This document shows positions 19,563 to 28,463 of a DNA stretch of 64,000 nucleotides, piece after piece. The position numbers and the translations under genes are program-made. The notes below the pieces were generated by a model. That model had not been told where the DNA came from. It made no database searches and was given only the letters and a program-made list of their open reading frames with translations. The DNA comes from Giardia intestinalis (Eukaryota), in NCBI GenBank assembly GCA_000002435.2, contig CM018791.1; one strand, given 5' to 3'. The number at the start of each line of letters is the position of its first letter. Positions within the stretch are counted from its first letter, which is position 1.

Positions 19563-21314
19563 TCATAAGAACTTAGGTTGATACAGCGAGGTGATAGCCT
19601 GTTGTTCCTGAACCGCTTCGTATGTATCACCTTGAATCTCAACCATCTCGCCGCTGTTGTTGATGTTCTCGGGGAAGTGCTTTGTGCGTGCCAATATTCT
19701 TTCAGAAAAGCCGCACTTTCCACGATCGCTCTTTAGCACTCCCATGAAGAAGGCGACAATGACCAGCGCAATGCCAAAGAAGGTGCAAGAAAGCATTCCT
19801 GTCTGTATGCCGCGCTTCAGTCCATACCTTGGATCACTACTACTGCTGGAGGCCGTGATGGTTGATTGAACGGTGACAGCCAGAGCTATACCAATGGAGT
19901 GCCCCAAGTTGGTCATGATGGAGTTCAGAGACCCTATTGTTGGGGCATACTTCGTGGGGGTGTTGGCCAGTGACGCAGTCTGAATAGAAATGAGCAGAGC
20001 GATAAAACTAATTATGCAGATAGTCCCCATAACAACGACAAGGGCCACGTGCTCATCTAAGAAGATAGCCTCGATGCACATGGCGACGAGGTAGGTCAGT
20101 CCAAAGATTATGATTATGACGCGTGCCACGATCTTCTTGTTTGCAAAGGTAAAGAGGGGGGAAAACACGATACTGAGGACGCCACCAATGGCTGAGAAAA
20201 GGCCGTTTTCAATAGACTTACGCTCATAGTACCGAACGATGATATATGGGAAGAAAAAGCGTTCTCCAAAGTAAAGCGACGCAGCCATGAGCATAGCAAT
20301 GAGGTTCTTGATGACCGAGGGGTTGAACGCAGACTTCATATAGAGAGGGCACTTGCTCCACCTTGTGTTCCAGAAGAAGAAGACAACGAAGACACCTACC
20401 CCAAACAATAGAGACAGGGTCCCTGCATACCAAGGCATGCCCTCAGAGATAGATGTGAGCCCAAAGATGATCAGGGTGACCGCAGTGATGATAAAGATCG
20501 CCCCAATCCAGTCTATCTTCGCAGCCCTGTTACCCTTGATCCGAAGGCAGAGGAAGATGCTGTAGGTGGCGTGGAGCATGGAAAACAGCCCGATTATGGT
20601 CATCATGTACGTCCACTCACTCTTCTCAGCAATTACACTAGAGACCAGCGACGAGAAGATGGTCCCGATGGGCGTTGCAGCGCTATTTACCGTAAGGACG
20701 ATGGGCAGCGTCGCCTTGCTGGTCATCATATAAGCCATAGGATTGCCAAGGGGTAAGAGCAGCGCAAGTCCGAAGGATGCCAGGAGCCGGCAGATGATCA
20801 CCGCAGCAAGGCTAGTGGGGAAGAAGGTAATAAGAAACGTAAACAGGCCAAAGGTATATGAGCTTGCAATGTAAACGTAGCTAATGCCGAATTTCTCAGC
20901 CAGCTTGGGTGCAAGGCAGCCGAAGCCGCAGCAGATGAGCAGCTCGGAATGGATGACCCACTGGACAACAGAGGTTTCAACCCCCAACTTATTAGAGATG
21001 AGCGGAAGGTTTACCGCAAAGCACACGGCCTCCATGGCGTAGATTAGCTGACCAGGTGCAACGATCAGCCCAGCGATCCAAGCGGGAGTGCCTCCGAGCT
21101 TACTCTTTTTGCAGAAGGACTTGGGGGGATTCTGTGCCAAGGCTGCTGCCTTCATAGCTGCCGGGTCAGGCCCGGTCTCCTGTTGAGGATGAGGCATGGT
21201 GTACGAGGGCTGGCCTTGAAACGCTCCTCCCCCCTGGGGGGCAACTTTGCTACGGGAGAATATCTCATCGGATCCGAGGATGCCGTCGCCTTCACGCGTG
21301 AGCGGATCTGCCAT
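19563..21314 (-). CDS. Major-facilitator-superfamily (MFS) transporter
   Basis: About 12-14 TM helices following a soluble N-terminal tail. The ORF-track start is GTG; the first ATG at 21314 has the upstream A-rich 'tcaaaaaaacaaaaaactagg'. Confidence 0.65.
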   Translation of the reverse strand: MADPLTREGDGILGSDEIFSRSKVAPQGGGAFQGQPSYTMPHPQQETGPDPAAMKAAALAQNPPKSFCKKSKLGGTPAWIAGLIVAPGQLIYAMEAVCFAVNLPLISNKLGVETSVVQWVIHSELLICCGFGCLAPKLAEKFGISYVYIASSYTFGLFTFLITFFPTSLAAVIICRLLASFGLALLLPLGNPMAYMMTSKATLPIVLTVNSAATPIGTIFSSLVSSVIAEKSEWTYMMTIIGLFSMLHATYSIFLCLRIKGNRAAKIDWIGAIFIITAVTLIIFGLTSISEGMPWYAGTLSLLFGVGVFVVFFFWNTRWSKCPLYMKSAFNPSVIKNLIAMLMAASLYFGERFFFPYIIVRYYERKSIENGLFSAIGGVLSIVFSPLFTFANKKIVARVIIIIFGLTYLVAMCIEAIFLDEHVALVVVMGTICIISFIALLISIQTASLANTPTKYAPTIGSLNSIMTNLGHSIGIALAVTVQSTITASSSSSDPRYGLKRGIQTGMLSCTFFGIALVIVAFFMGVLKSDRGKCGFSERILARTKHFPENINNSGEMVEIQGDTYEAVQEQQAITSLYQPKFL

Positions 21315-21465
21315 GCGCACCTAGTTTTTTGTTTTTTTGACGAAGATTAAATGTAAGAAGACGACAGTCTGAAACATTACGATGATGCGCGCATGCACAG
21401 ACACCTGCGCGACCTTTTCCACAGGTTGACACACTCGTAAGAAAGGTGCCTGCTGGCTCATATAT

Positions 21466-21825
21466 TTACACAAAGGAGTTATATGCCCTCCTGAAGACCC
21501 GCAGCTCTTCTGCAGGAAGCTCCGCGACAAGTCGCTGGATCTGCAGGAGCACGTTTGCCATCTGGTCCTCTCGAAGATTGCACTTTTCAGCCATGGCCTT
21601 GAGGAGGCGTTCGCGGAGCTCCTCGTCTGTCATGGTTAGTGGGCACGGGGAATCTTCAGAAGCTTTTGCAGGCAGAGGTGAGTGGGTCTGGGCCTGAATC
21701 TGTCCGTAGCTGATGTCAGGGAGTATGTTTGCACCTGGAACGAGAAGATCCTGGTGGACATAATCCGAAGGCAACTTGTCCTCCTCTGCGCTCAACAGCC
21801 TCTCTATGTACTCTCTGGTGTTCAT
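21466..21825 (-). CDS. Hypothetical small acidic protein (119 aa from the ATG at 21825; longer alternatives start at the ATGs at 21885 and 21909)
   Basis: Open frame. The ATG at 21825 is preceded by the A/T-rich 'ttttttaaaaggATG'. This shares the 48-bp divergent region with the gene starting at 21874. No domain recognised. Confidence 0.35.
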   Translation of the reverse strand: MNTREYIERLLSAEEDKLPSDYVHQDLLVPGANILPDISYGQIQAQTHSPLPAKASEDSPCPLTMTDEELRERLLKAMAEKCNLREDQMANVLLQIQRLVAELPAEELRVFRRAYNSFV

Positions 21826-21873
21826 CCTTTTAAAAAAGGTACTGCTGTCGTCCTCTTTTTTTGCTCTTAAAGG

Positions 21874-24855
21874 ATGACAACCCATGGTTACGCAGACAGA
21901 GCTACTCATTCCTCGTGTTCCTCCCGCAAGAGTGAATTTAGGAAGAAGCCGGGGATAACTCCTCTTCCAGGATTTCTTCCTACTTCCGCAGAATCTATCA
22001 GACTAGCCCTAAGCCTCTCGCTGCATGGAATGCCACATGATCGGGTGTTCGGAGTGTACAAGGAGGGCTACTATACTCTTATCAACACATACCTCTGGGA
22101 TATATCTCGATTTAACCAGCTTATAGACGCTTTCAGTGAGTATTTGGTAGTGACACCAATCTCTCTGGAAAGCTTTTCCACCGGCCTGGTCTCGTTTATT
22201 AAGGTATCGGATGCTTTTTGCACCTTATTAGATTTTGTAATCCTGAGTGATAATCAGGAGCTTCGCGATAGTATCTGTGCACTTTATAAAGAAAAGTGCG
22301 CACAGCAGGATTCGAACCTCTATCCGTACGAACTGCATGTCAAAGAGATTTCTCAGCGATACATCGCTTGCATCGACTCAGAGCTGCACGAGGGTCTTAC
22401 TAAGCAGAAGAATCGTTATAGGATCGCATACACCCGCTTATTGGAGATGTATTCTGAGGACATAGCGGCCGTTAACCGGATTCTTGGTAATGTTGGGGCA
22501 CAGTTTATCAGCGACAGGAATATCTTAGGATCAGCCGGTCTTTTCCCTACCATTCTGACCTCTCGTCTGCTGTCATTCATCAAAACTTCTTTTCCACACA
22601 ATGCTGACCTTGCTCCTAGCCCAGTAGCCATGCCACCTGTCCTAGACTTCCGCTCCTTTGACACAGGGTTTCCAGACTTCAGCAGCCGATCACCTGTCGT
22701 GCGCGTAAAGTCTATTCAGCAAGGACACGAATACAGTGCCAGAAGCTCTACATCCTACACTGCACGAAGGAGTTATGCAGATAACAAGAGCCAGCCCCTC
22801 TATCAAGATCCAATCCAGCAAAAACCTAGTTTATTCAACATTCGGGCAGAGCTATTGAACCTTATGTCGGCAACAGAGACCCAAGTGCACACCGATCACC
22901 GGCAGCAGCAACATATCACTCAGCGTTCCTCGGCTGCTGGCTTTTTCATCAGAGATGGAGCGGGCTTTGAAACGCAGCATATAAATGGGAAATCAAGCAT
23001 AGTAGAGGGACAAGGGATAGATGTGGGGTTGCAAACAGAGACAGAGATAAGCCTTGGAGCTGCCGATGCAGGCGTCTGGACAGTGCCCATTGATACCAGT
23101 GATCAGCTTGTCAGTACAGACACGCAGCTACAGGTAGATACACAGACACAAGTGGAGCTGGAGAAGCAGCGAGAGGTGGAGATACAAACAGAAGCAGACG
23201 CAACGGTTATGCACTCTCTGAGTGAGCTGCATACTGCACTACAGAACAAGCTCGGATTTGATGATTCTATCACTTTGGCATACACTCTTCTAGAACACCT
23301 TCTAGAGCAAGTACATGAGGCCAAAGAACAGAACGTGTCTGACAGCAATTCAGAGACAGGAGCAGAGGATGCAGCAACACAAACCATAACTAGTAGTCAA
23401 GATGCTCTACAGGCAGAAACCTGTGGGACCAATACGGTAGTAACGAATATGAATTTGCACACAAGAACGTCGACAACTGGACCCCTTCAATCAAACACAG
23501 AGCTTTTGACTCCTGCAATACACGAGGAGAAGCCATCGGAGAATCAGTGGATAGCACATGACCCGGAGCAAGAGGAGACACCACTTGGGAATGACCATCT
23601 CTGGAAGCAAGTATTCGATCCTTACTTGGCACGAGTTTCATTTGCCCAGTGCCTCTCACAAGAAATTTCAGATGGAGAGAACTCTCTGCAACCTATTTTT
23701 GACACATGTGATCAATCATCTCTGATCATGTCTGCAGACGGAGTTGTTGGGGCGGCAATCTTTTCAGTTTCAAGGTCTTTTCCAGAGTTTATATATGATA
23801 CGTTGACGAGTAACAGCTCAGAGTTTTATACATCTCAGTCTCAGCTCCAAACAATGGCTCAGATGGAAGAGGGTCATCCAAGGTACTGTGAGGCCGAACA
23901 CATGTCAGCTGAATTGTCGGTAAATATGCAGCTTAAGCATGCTCCTCAAGCATGTAAAGAACATAGCTACGAAATACGCTACAACAACCTCTTGAGCAAG
24001 TACACATCAATGGAAGAGCAGTCCCTCAAACGGACTTTAGAGGCCGAGGAGTTACAAGCAAAAGTGGATGCGTTGACAGAGGAGATAGAATCATTGCGAG
24101 TAGAGCTACAGAGAGTGAGAGATAGATACGCAGTCGATTGTCTAAACAATTATGGGATGATAGTGCAAGGGTCAATAAGCGAGAACGAGGATTTGTCCAA
24201 GGATAGGTACTTAGCACGTGGAAAGTTAGAAGGGGAAGTAATTGCTCAGACAGCAACCCAACAGGAAAAGGGGCACCAATTGCCGAAGCAGGTGACAGAG
24301 AGTGCTGCCCTCTTCTTAACCGCTGACCTACTAGAATCTAAACAATCAATAGATCATGAAGTTTGCAGCAGTACAGCAGAAAGGATTGTGTGCTCTGTTA
24401 TCAGAAATGATGTCGTTGCGGGGGTTCAAGACGAGGATGCGCTAGCAGAGAGCGCTATTACAATGCAGCCACAGGACAAGGCTGAACGTGACACATTAGA
24501 AAGAGAAAGGGGTCTGCTGGCTATGCAAGAAAATACATTTCTCTTGCAGCAACTCGATGTTCTAGAACGACAAGAACAGACCCTTCTTGCTAAGCTTAAT
24601 CAGGTGTCAGAAGAGAGCCAAGCCAAGACCAAATTGAATAAGAACATACAAAGCATGCTATCGACTATCAGCCTGACTGTGAGTACCCAGTTGAGCGACA
24701 TGGAGCAGCTGAATACTCTTGTTGACAGTATAGAAACGAGTGCCTTTTCATTGCGGCCAGAAATAAAGAAGCTCCATTCTTATCTTGCCAATACAGCCAG
24801 TGTGTCATCTCATCGGTCTTCTTCTGCCTCCTTTATTGACTGCCTGGATGACTAG
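21874..24855 (+). CDS. Hypothetical large protein (993 aa) with C-terminal coiled-coil segments
   Basis: Uninterrupted 993-codon frame. Q/E-rich heptad regions ('LEAEELQAKVDALTEEIESLRVELQRVRDRY'). Confidence 0.6.
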   Translation: MTTHGYADRATHSSCSSRKSEFRKKPGITPLPGFLPTSAESIRLALSLSLHGMPHDRVFGVYKEGYYTLINTYLWDISRFNQLIDAFSEYLVVTPISLESFSTGLVSFIKVSDAFCTLLDFVILSDNQELRDSICALYKEKCAQQDSNLYPYELHVKEISQRYIACIDSELHEGLTKQKNRYRIAYTRLLEMYSEDIAAVNRILGNVGAQFISDRNILGSAGLFPTILTSRLLSFIKTSFPHNADLAPSPVAMPPVLDFRSFDTGFPDFSSRSPVVRVKSIQQGHEYSARSSTSYTARRSYADNKSQPLYQDPIQQKPSLFNIRAELLNLMSATETQVHTDHRQQQHITQRSSAAGFFIRDGAGFETQHINGKSSIVEGQGIDVGLQTETEISLGAADAGVWTVPIDTSDQLVSTDTQLQVDTQTQVELEKQREVEIQTEADATVMHSLSELHTALQNKLGFDDSITLAYTLLEHLLEQVHEAKEQNVSDSNSETGAEDAATQTITSSQDALQAETCGTNTVVTNMNLHTRTSTTGPLQSNTELLTPAIHEEKPSENQWIAHDPEQEETPLGNDHLWKQVFDPYLARVSFAQCLSQEISDGENSLQPIFDTCDQSSLIMSADGVVGAAIFSVSRSFPEFIYDTLTSNSSEFYTSQSQLQTMAQMEEGHPRYCEAEHMSAELSVNMQLKHAPQACKEHSYEIRYNNLLSKYTSMEEQSLKRTLEAEELQAKVDALTEEIESLRVELQRVRDRYAVDCLNNYGMIVQGSISENEDLSKDRYLARGKLEGEVIAQTATQQEKGHQLPKQVTESAALFLTADLLESKQSIDHEVCSSTAERIVCSVIRNDVVAGVQDEDALAESAITMQPQDKAERDTLERERGLLAMQENTFLLQQLDVLERQEQTLLAKLNQVSEESQAKTKLNKNIQSMLSTISLTVSTQLSDMEQLNTLVDSIETSAFSLRPEIKKLHSYLANTASVSSHRSSSASFIDCLDD

Positions 24856-24877
24856 TTTTTACAAAATTCAAAGTTGC

Positions 24878-25402
24878 ATGGCAGAGACGTATAATCTTCA
24901 GCCAGGACCTCCTCGTGTTCTTATTGGGAACTGGGTGGAAGAAAAGGCGTTCTGGGACGCCAAGAAAGCTTACCAGCAACGCCTAGCCAACGGCGAGGAA
25001 ATCCTTGAGCCCGCGTGCCAGACTCTCGAGCTGCAAGCAGGGTCCCTCTTTCTGGACCAGGAGTTTTGCACGACTAATAATGACTACGGAGACTTTACGC
25101 AGAGCAATAAGCCTGTGTACGGTAAGCCGCAGGTAGCGCCCACAAGTGTTGCTGCGGCACAGTTGGCGGCGGCCAAGAAAGAGGAGACCTGCGCACTGCT
25201 CGACCAGACAAAGGCACACGATATATTTGGTACCAGCGGAAAGCCTCTGGCTTCTAATGACGACATGCTTTCAGTGACACGCTCAACCTACTACAAAGAT
25301 GAGCTGGATCCCAGGCCCAGGCTGCCCCTCTTTGAGGAGCACATCAAACTCTACAACACCAGCCGGCGCAAGTGCGATGGGTCTGGGCCCGTCTGTCAGT
25401 AA
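24878..25402 (+). CDS. Hypothetical protein (174 aa)
   Basis: The ORF-track start at 24785 is TTG and overlaps the upstream gene. The ATG at 24878 is preceded by 'tttttacaaaattcaaagttgcATG'. The stop at 25402 is followed immediately by AGTGAAC. Confidence 0.5.
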   Translation: MAETYNLQPGPPRVLIGNWVEEKAFWDAKKAYQQRLANGEEILEPACQTLELQAGSLFLDQEFCTTNNDYGDFTQSNKPVYGKPQVAPTSVAAAQLAAAKKEETCALLDQTKAHDIFGTSGKPLASNDDMLSVTRSTYYKDELDPRPRLPLFEEHIKLYNTSRRKCDGSGPVCQ

Positions 25403-25409
25403 AGTGAAC
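25403..25409 (+). terminator. Putative polyadenylation signal AGTGAAC (AGTRAAY) for the gene 24878..25402
   Basis: It directly abuts the TAA stop ('cagTAAAGTGAACtac'). It matches the Giardia-type AGTRAAY consensus. Confidence 0.5.
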
Positions 25410-25420
25410 TACTATGTGCG

Positions 25421-25427
25421 GTTTACT
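25421..25427 (-). terminator. Putative polyadenylation signal AGTAAAC (minus strand) for the kelch-repeat gene
   Basis: The minus strand reads 'TAAcgAGTAAACcgc'. It lies 3 nt after the stop at 25430-25432 and is interleaved with the plus-strand signal of the convergent gene. Confidence 0.5.
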
Positions 25428-25429
25428 CG

Positions 25430-28378
25430 TTAGAGAGATGCGTTCATATCATCATCCTCCTCGAGTGGCTCGTCTTCAAGCTGCTCCTCATCAGGTAGTA
25501 GTTCATCGTTGCTGTCCCCTTCGTCCAAGGGCCCGTCATCCAGAGGCTCATTCTGATCATCTTCTGCAAGACCTTCCAATGCATCCGGGATCGCTGCATC
25601 ATTGTCTTCCTCAGCTACCGGTTCTTCTTGTTCAGGTACATCCATTGGGTCATTGGGATCATCGTGGTCCTGGTCTTCGTCTGGAAACTCTTCACCAAGG
25701 TCAGGATTCTCGTCATCAGGAGCGTCTTCGTTAAGCTCTTCTTCAGCCTCATTGGGATTGTCATCGTCGAGCGGCTCTTCCTCAACCAGTTGCTCTTCAT
25801 CGGGAACTTCTTCTAATTGTTTTTCAAGTGCCTCCTCTGGCGCCTCTTCCAACATCTCTTCCGGCATTTCGTCTGGCATCGTTTTCAGTGCTTCTTCTGG
25901 TTCTTCTTCTAGGGGCTCTTCTAGTATCTCCTCTGGTTGTTCTTCTAAGGGCTCCTCAGCACATTCCTCGGTAGGCTGCTGGTTGGCGGATTCGTGCGAC
26001 CCCGACTGTTCCGCTTCCATATGTTCTTCAGGGGTCTCATCGACCAACTGTTCATCTTCAACTTGCTCAACCAGCTCGTTGCTAGGATCTCTGTCCTCAA
26101 CTTTGGAGGATGGGGAGGACAGGTTTTCAAGTGCCTTGTTGGGCGCTTCTTCGGAGTGCTTGCTTTCTTCGAGTTCTTCATCAGCCCGTTCTTCTGGAGC
26201 TTCATCTTTAACCGATGCTTCATCATGCTCTTGCTCATCCTCTTGCATATCCTTATTGCTCGACGAGTCTGCATGTGGGCCTTTATGAGAATAGTGTTCT
26301 TGTGCGTCTTCTGGATCCTCTAGAACTCCTCCATCACCTTGAGTGTCTGAAGACTGTTCCTCTTTGGGAGCTTCTTTGAGCGCCGCTGGATGCTCATATT
26401 CCTGAATCGGTTCGTTGAGGGTTAGGACTTGTTGGTCATTGTCGTGCTCAGCATGATCTTCGACTGGTTCGTCAATGGATGGCTCTTCTAGTTTGTCTGG
26501 AGATAGAGGGTCTTGCAAGTGTTCTGGGGCCACCTCCCCTAACACCTCTCTAGGAGACTCTTCCTCCATCTCAATTTCTGCAGGGGCTTCTTGCTCATTT
26601 TGATCATCATCATGGTGGTTTGACTCTTCAATAGGTTCTTCTTCAAGTGGCCTGTCAGGCGCCATATTATGATCCTCTTCATGGATAGGCTCCTCGAGAG
26701 TCATCAGGTGCTCTTCGTCATGAATAGGTTCCTCCACGTTAGGCTCAAACTCTCTGACCATCCTGGTTTGTGGAGAATTTCCTTCGATCTCGATCTCTTC
26801 CATATGAGGGGCATCTTCTGCTTCAGGTACAGGCTCCTCAACTGGTCCGCGTGCAGATAGCTGATGATCTTGCTCATTCATGAAGTCTGAGGAAGCAGAG
26901 TGGTCAGGAGCTGCCAGTGGGGCAGACACGGGCTCCTCAACCGGCCGTTTGTCTTGCTTATCATCTGGTAGGGGAGAATCAGAGTGTAAAGGCGCATAGC
27001 TAATAGTGGACACCCTTGGCTCTGCAGCCACAACATCCAAGTCGCGAGGATGAAGCTTGCCCTCTGCAACAGCAGCCTCATAAGGCTCCTCATTGACCTT
27101 AGTATCCTGCTCAGCAGCAGGCTGTGCCTTTGTGCTACGAAGCTGGGAGTCTGAAAGAGATCCCTCCAGCGTCTTCATGTGAGACTCCAGCTCAAAAACC
27201 CTCGACTTGAGCTGCTTATTCTCGAGGACAATCGATTCCATGTCTGTCTGGAGCGTTGATATCTTATTCTTCAGACTCGAAATTACCGTGAGTAGCTCCT
27301 GTTTTACTGTCTCTGCTGCAGCTCCGTCGACAACCATGGAGGCCCCAAGGGATCTGGTGGTATCCTCATACTGACCACCGCCTTCAACGTGTATGCCGAG
27401 TGCGTTGCGGAGGCTCATAGTACTAAATCGGTACGTATCAAGATATATCGTCTTGTGCGTACCACAGCCAGAAACTATATAGCAAAAGTCCTGCTCAAAG
27501 ATGAGGGACGAGAGACACCTGCCCTCGGATGGTGCAAGACCTGTTATGGTCACCGAGTGCCACTTGTTCTCCTGAAGATCAAAGAGCCAAAGATCGGCGT
27601 AGAGCTTTCCTGCGTCGACGCCACCAAATAGCAGGAGGTAGTTGTTCCTGAATACAGCAACCGTGTGGTCACTGCGCATCTTGAAGAGTGACAGCCTGTG
27701 CCATTGATCAGAACTGGCGAGATATTCAAAGATAACCATGTTAGAAGACGTCTTCTGTGAGTATTGACTGCCGCCAATGAGCACTACTCGATTCTGTACA
27801 TATGTCAACGAAAAGCGGCGCAGAGGATACGGCAGGTTGGCCGCCTTGATAATTGAATTTGATCGCAGATCGATTAGGTATGCGTCTGCCAGCACGGTCG
27901 AGCTTGGCGTTGCGCTGACGGTACCAGGTTGATTCGTTGCTGGCGTAACTGTCACTCCACCACACACAAGAAACTGGGCCTCATTGACTTGGCAAAGATT
28001 GTACCCGTTGCGTGCAGGAACGCTGACCCCAGTTAAGTTAAGATGCACAGCGTTTAATTCATCTGGGTCAAGAAGGTAGAATTGCAGATCACGAGATAGC
28101 TGATGGCCACGTTGATAGGTTATTGAAATGAGAATAAGATTGTTGAAAGGGGTGAGGCGCAGACCAGATAGTGCGGAGGTGTCTATCATGGAGCGAATGG
28201 GCCGCTCAGTGATCTTGACTTCTTCATGCGTGGGTTCAAGGAGCAAGAGCTTAATGCTCGAAGCGGTTCCTTCGCGATAGAGCTTAATGCCATAGTGATG
28301 GTCTCCGATACTGACCACCTGCGAAGAAAGTAGGTGGTTTGTGAGATTGCGCTTGACCTTGGAGAAAAGGACTCGCAT
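25430..28378 (-). CDS. Kelch-repeat beta-propeller protein with a central coiled-coil and a C-terminal poly-acidic (E/D/P-rich) tail of about 450 aa
   Basis: Kelch blades ('LIGGSQYSQ...WHRL', 'LLLFGGVDAGKLYADLWLFDLQENKWHSV'). Then a coiled-coil ('LQTDMESIVLENKQLKSRVFELESHMKTLEGSL'). Then an 'EEPLEE/PEEALE' low-complexity tail. The ORF-track start is GTG; the first ATG is at 28378. Confidence 0.75.
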   Translation of the reverse strand: MRVLFSKVKRNLTNHLLSSQVVSIGDHHYGIKLYREGTASSIKLLLLEPTHEEVKITERPIRSMIDTSALSGLRLTPFNNLILISITYQRGHQLSRDLQFYLLDPDELNAVHLNLTGVSVPARNGYNLCQVNEAQFLVCGGVTVTPATNQPGTVSATPSSTVLADAYLIDLRSNSIIKAANLPYPLRRFSLTYVQNRVVLIGGSQYSQKTSSNMVIFEYLASSDQWHRLSLFKMRSDHTVAVFRNNYLLLFGGVDAGKLYADLWLFDLQENKWHSVTITGLAPSEGRCLSSLIFEQDFCYIVSGCGTHKTIYLDTYRFSTMSLRNALGIHVEGGGQYEDTTRSLGASMVVDGAAAETVKQELLTVISSLKNKISTLQTDMESIVLENKQLKSRVFELESHMKTLEGSLSDSQLRSTKAQPAAEQDTKVNEEPYEAAVAEGKLHPRDLDVVAAEPRVSTISYAPLHSDSPLPDDKQDKRPVEEPVSAPLAAPDHSASSDFMNEQDHQLSARGPVEEPVPEAEDAPHMEEIEIEGNSPQTRMVREFEPNVEEPIHDEEHLMTLEEPIHEEDHNMAPDRPLEEEPIEESNHHDDDQNEQEAPAEIEMEEESPREVLGEVAPEHLQDPLSPDKLEEPSIDEPVEDHAEHDNDQQVLTLNEPIQEYEHPAALKEAPKEEQSSDTQGDGGVLEDPEDAQEHYSHKGPHADSSSNKDMQEDEQEHDEASVKDEAPEERADEELEESKHSEEAPNKALENLSSPSSKVEDRDPSNELVEQVEDEQLVDETPEEHMEAEQSGSHESANQQPTEECAEEPLEEQPEEILEEPLEEEPEEALKTMPDEMPEEMLEEAPEEALEKQLEEVPDEEQLVEEEPLDDDNPNEAEEELNEDAPDDENPDLGEEFPDEDQDHDDPNDPMDVPEQEEPVAEEDNDAAIPDALEGLAEDDQNEPLDDGPLDEGDSNDELLPDEEQLEDEPLEEDDDMNASL

Positions 28379-28463
28379 GAGCGCCACTAATTCTGCTTTT
28401 TGGCTTCAGAGGTTGCCATTTCAAAATAAATTGCAATTAAAATGAACTTTACAACACTTTTAA

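Noticed and set aside
22296-22322. 'GGATTCGAACC' (the reverse complement of the tRNA T-loop consensus GGTTCGAATCC), which suggests a minus-strand tRNA
   Set aside because: The flanking sequence forms only a 3-bp T-stem and no acceptor, D or anticodon arms. The site lies inside the 993-aa CDS. I judge it a chance match.
25602-26288. 228-aa Ser-rich ORF on the plus strand, and similar antisense ORFs at 58656..59120, 38175..38615, 38263..38865, 36288..36611 and 36622..36945
   Set aside because: They are mirror images of acidic or K/E-rich low-complexity coding on the opposite strand or in an alternative frame (GAG/GAA antisense gives CTC/TTC, i.e. Ser/Leu/Phe). They have no start context and no domains.
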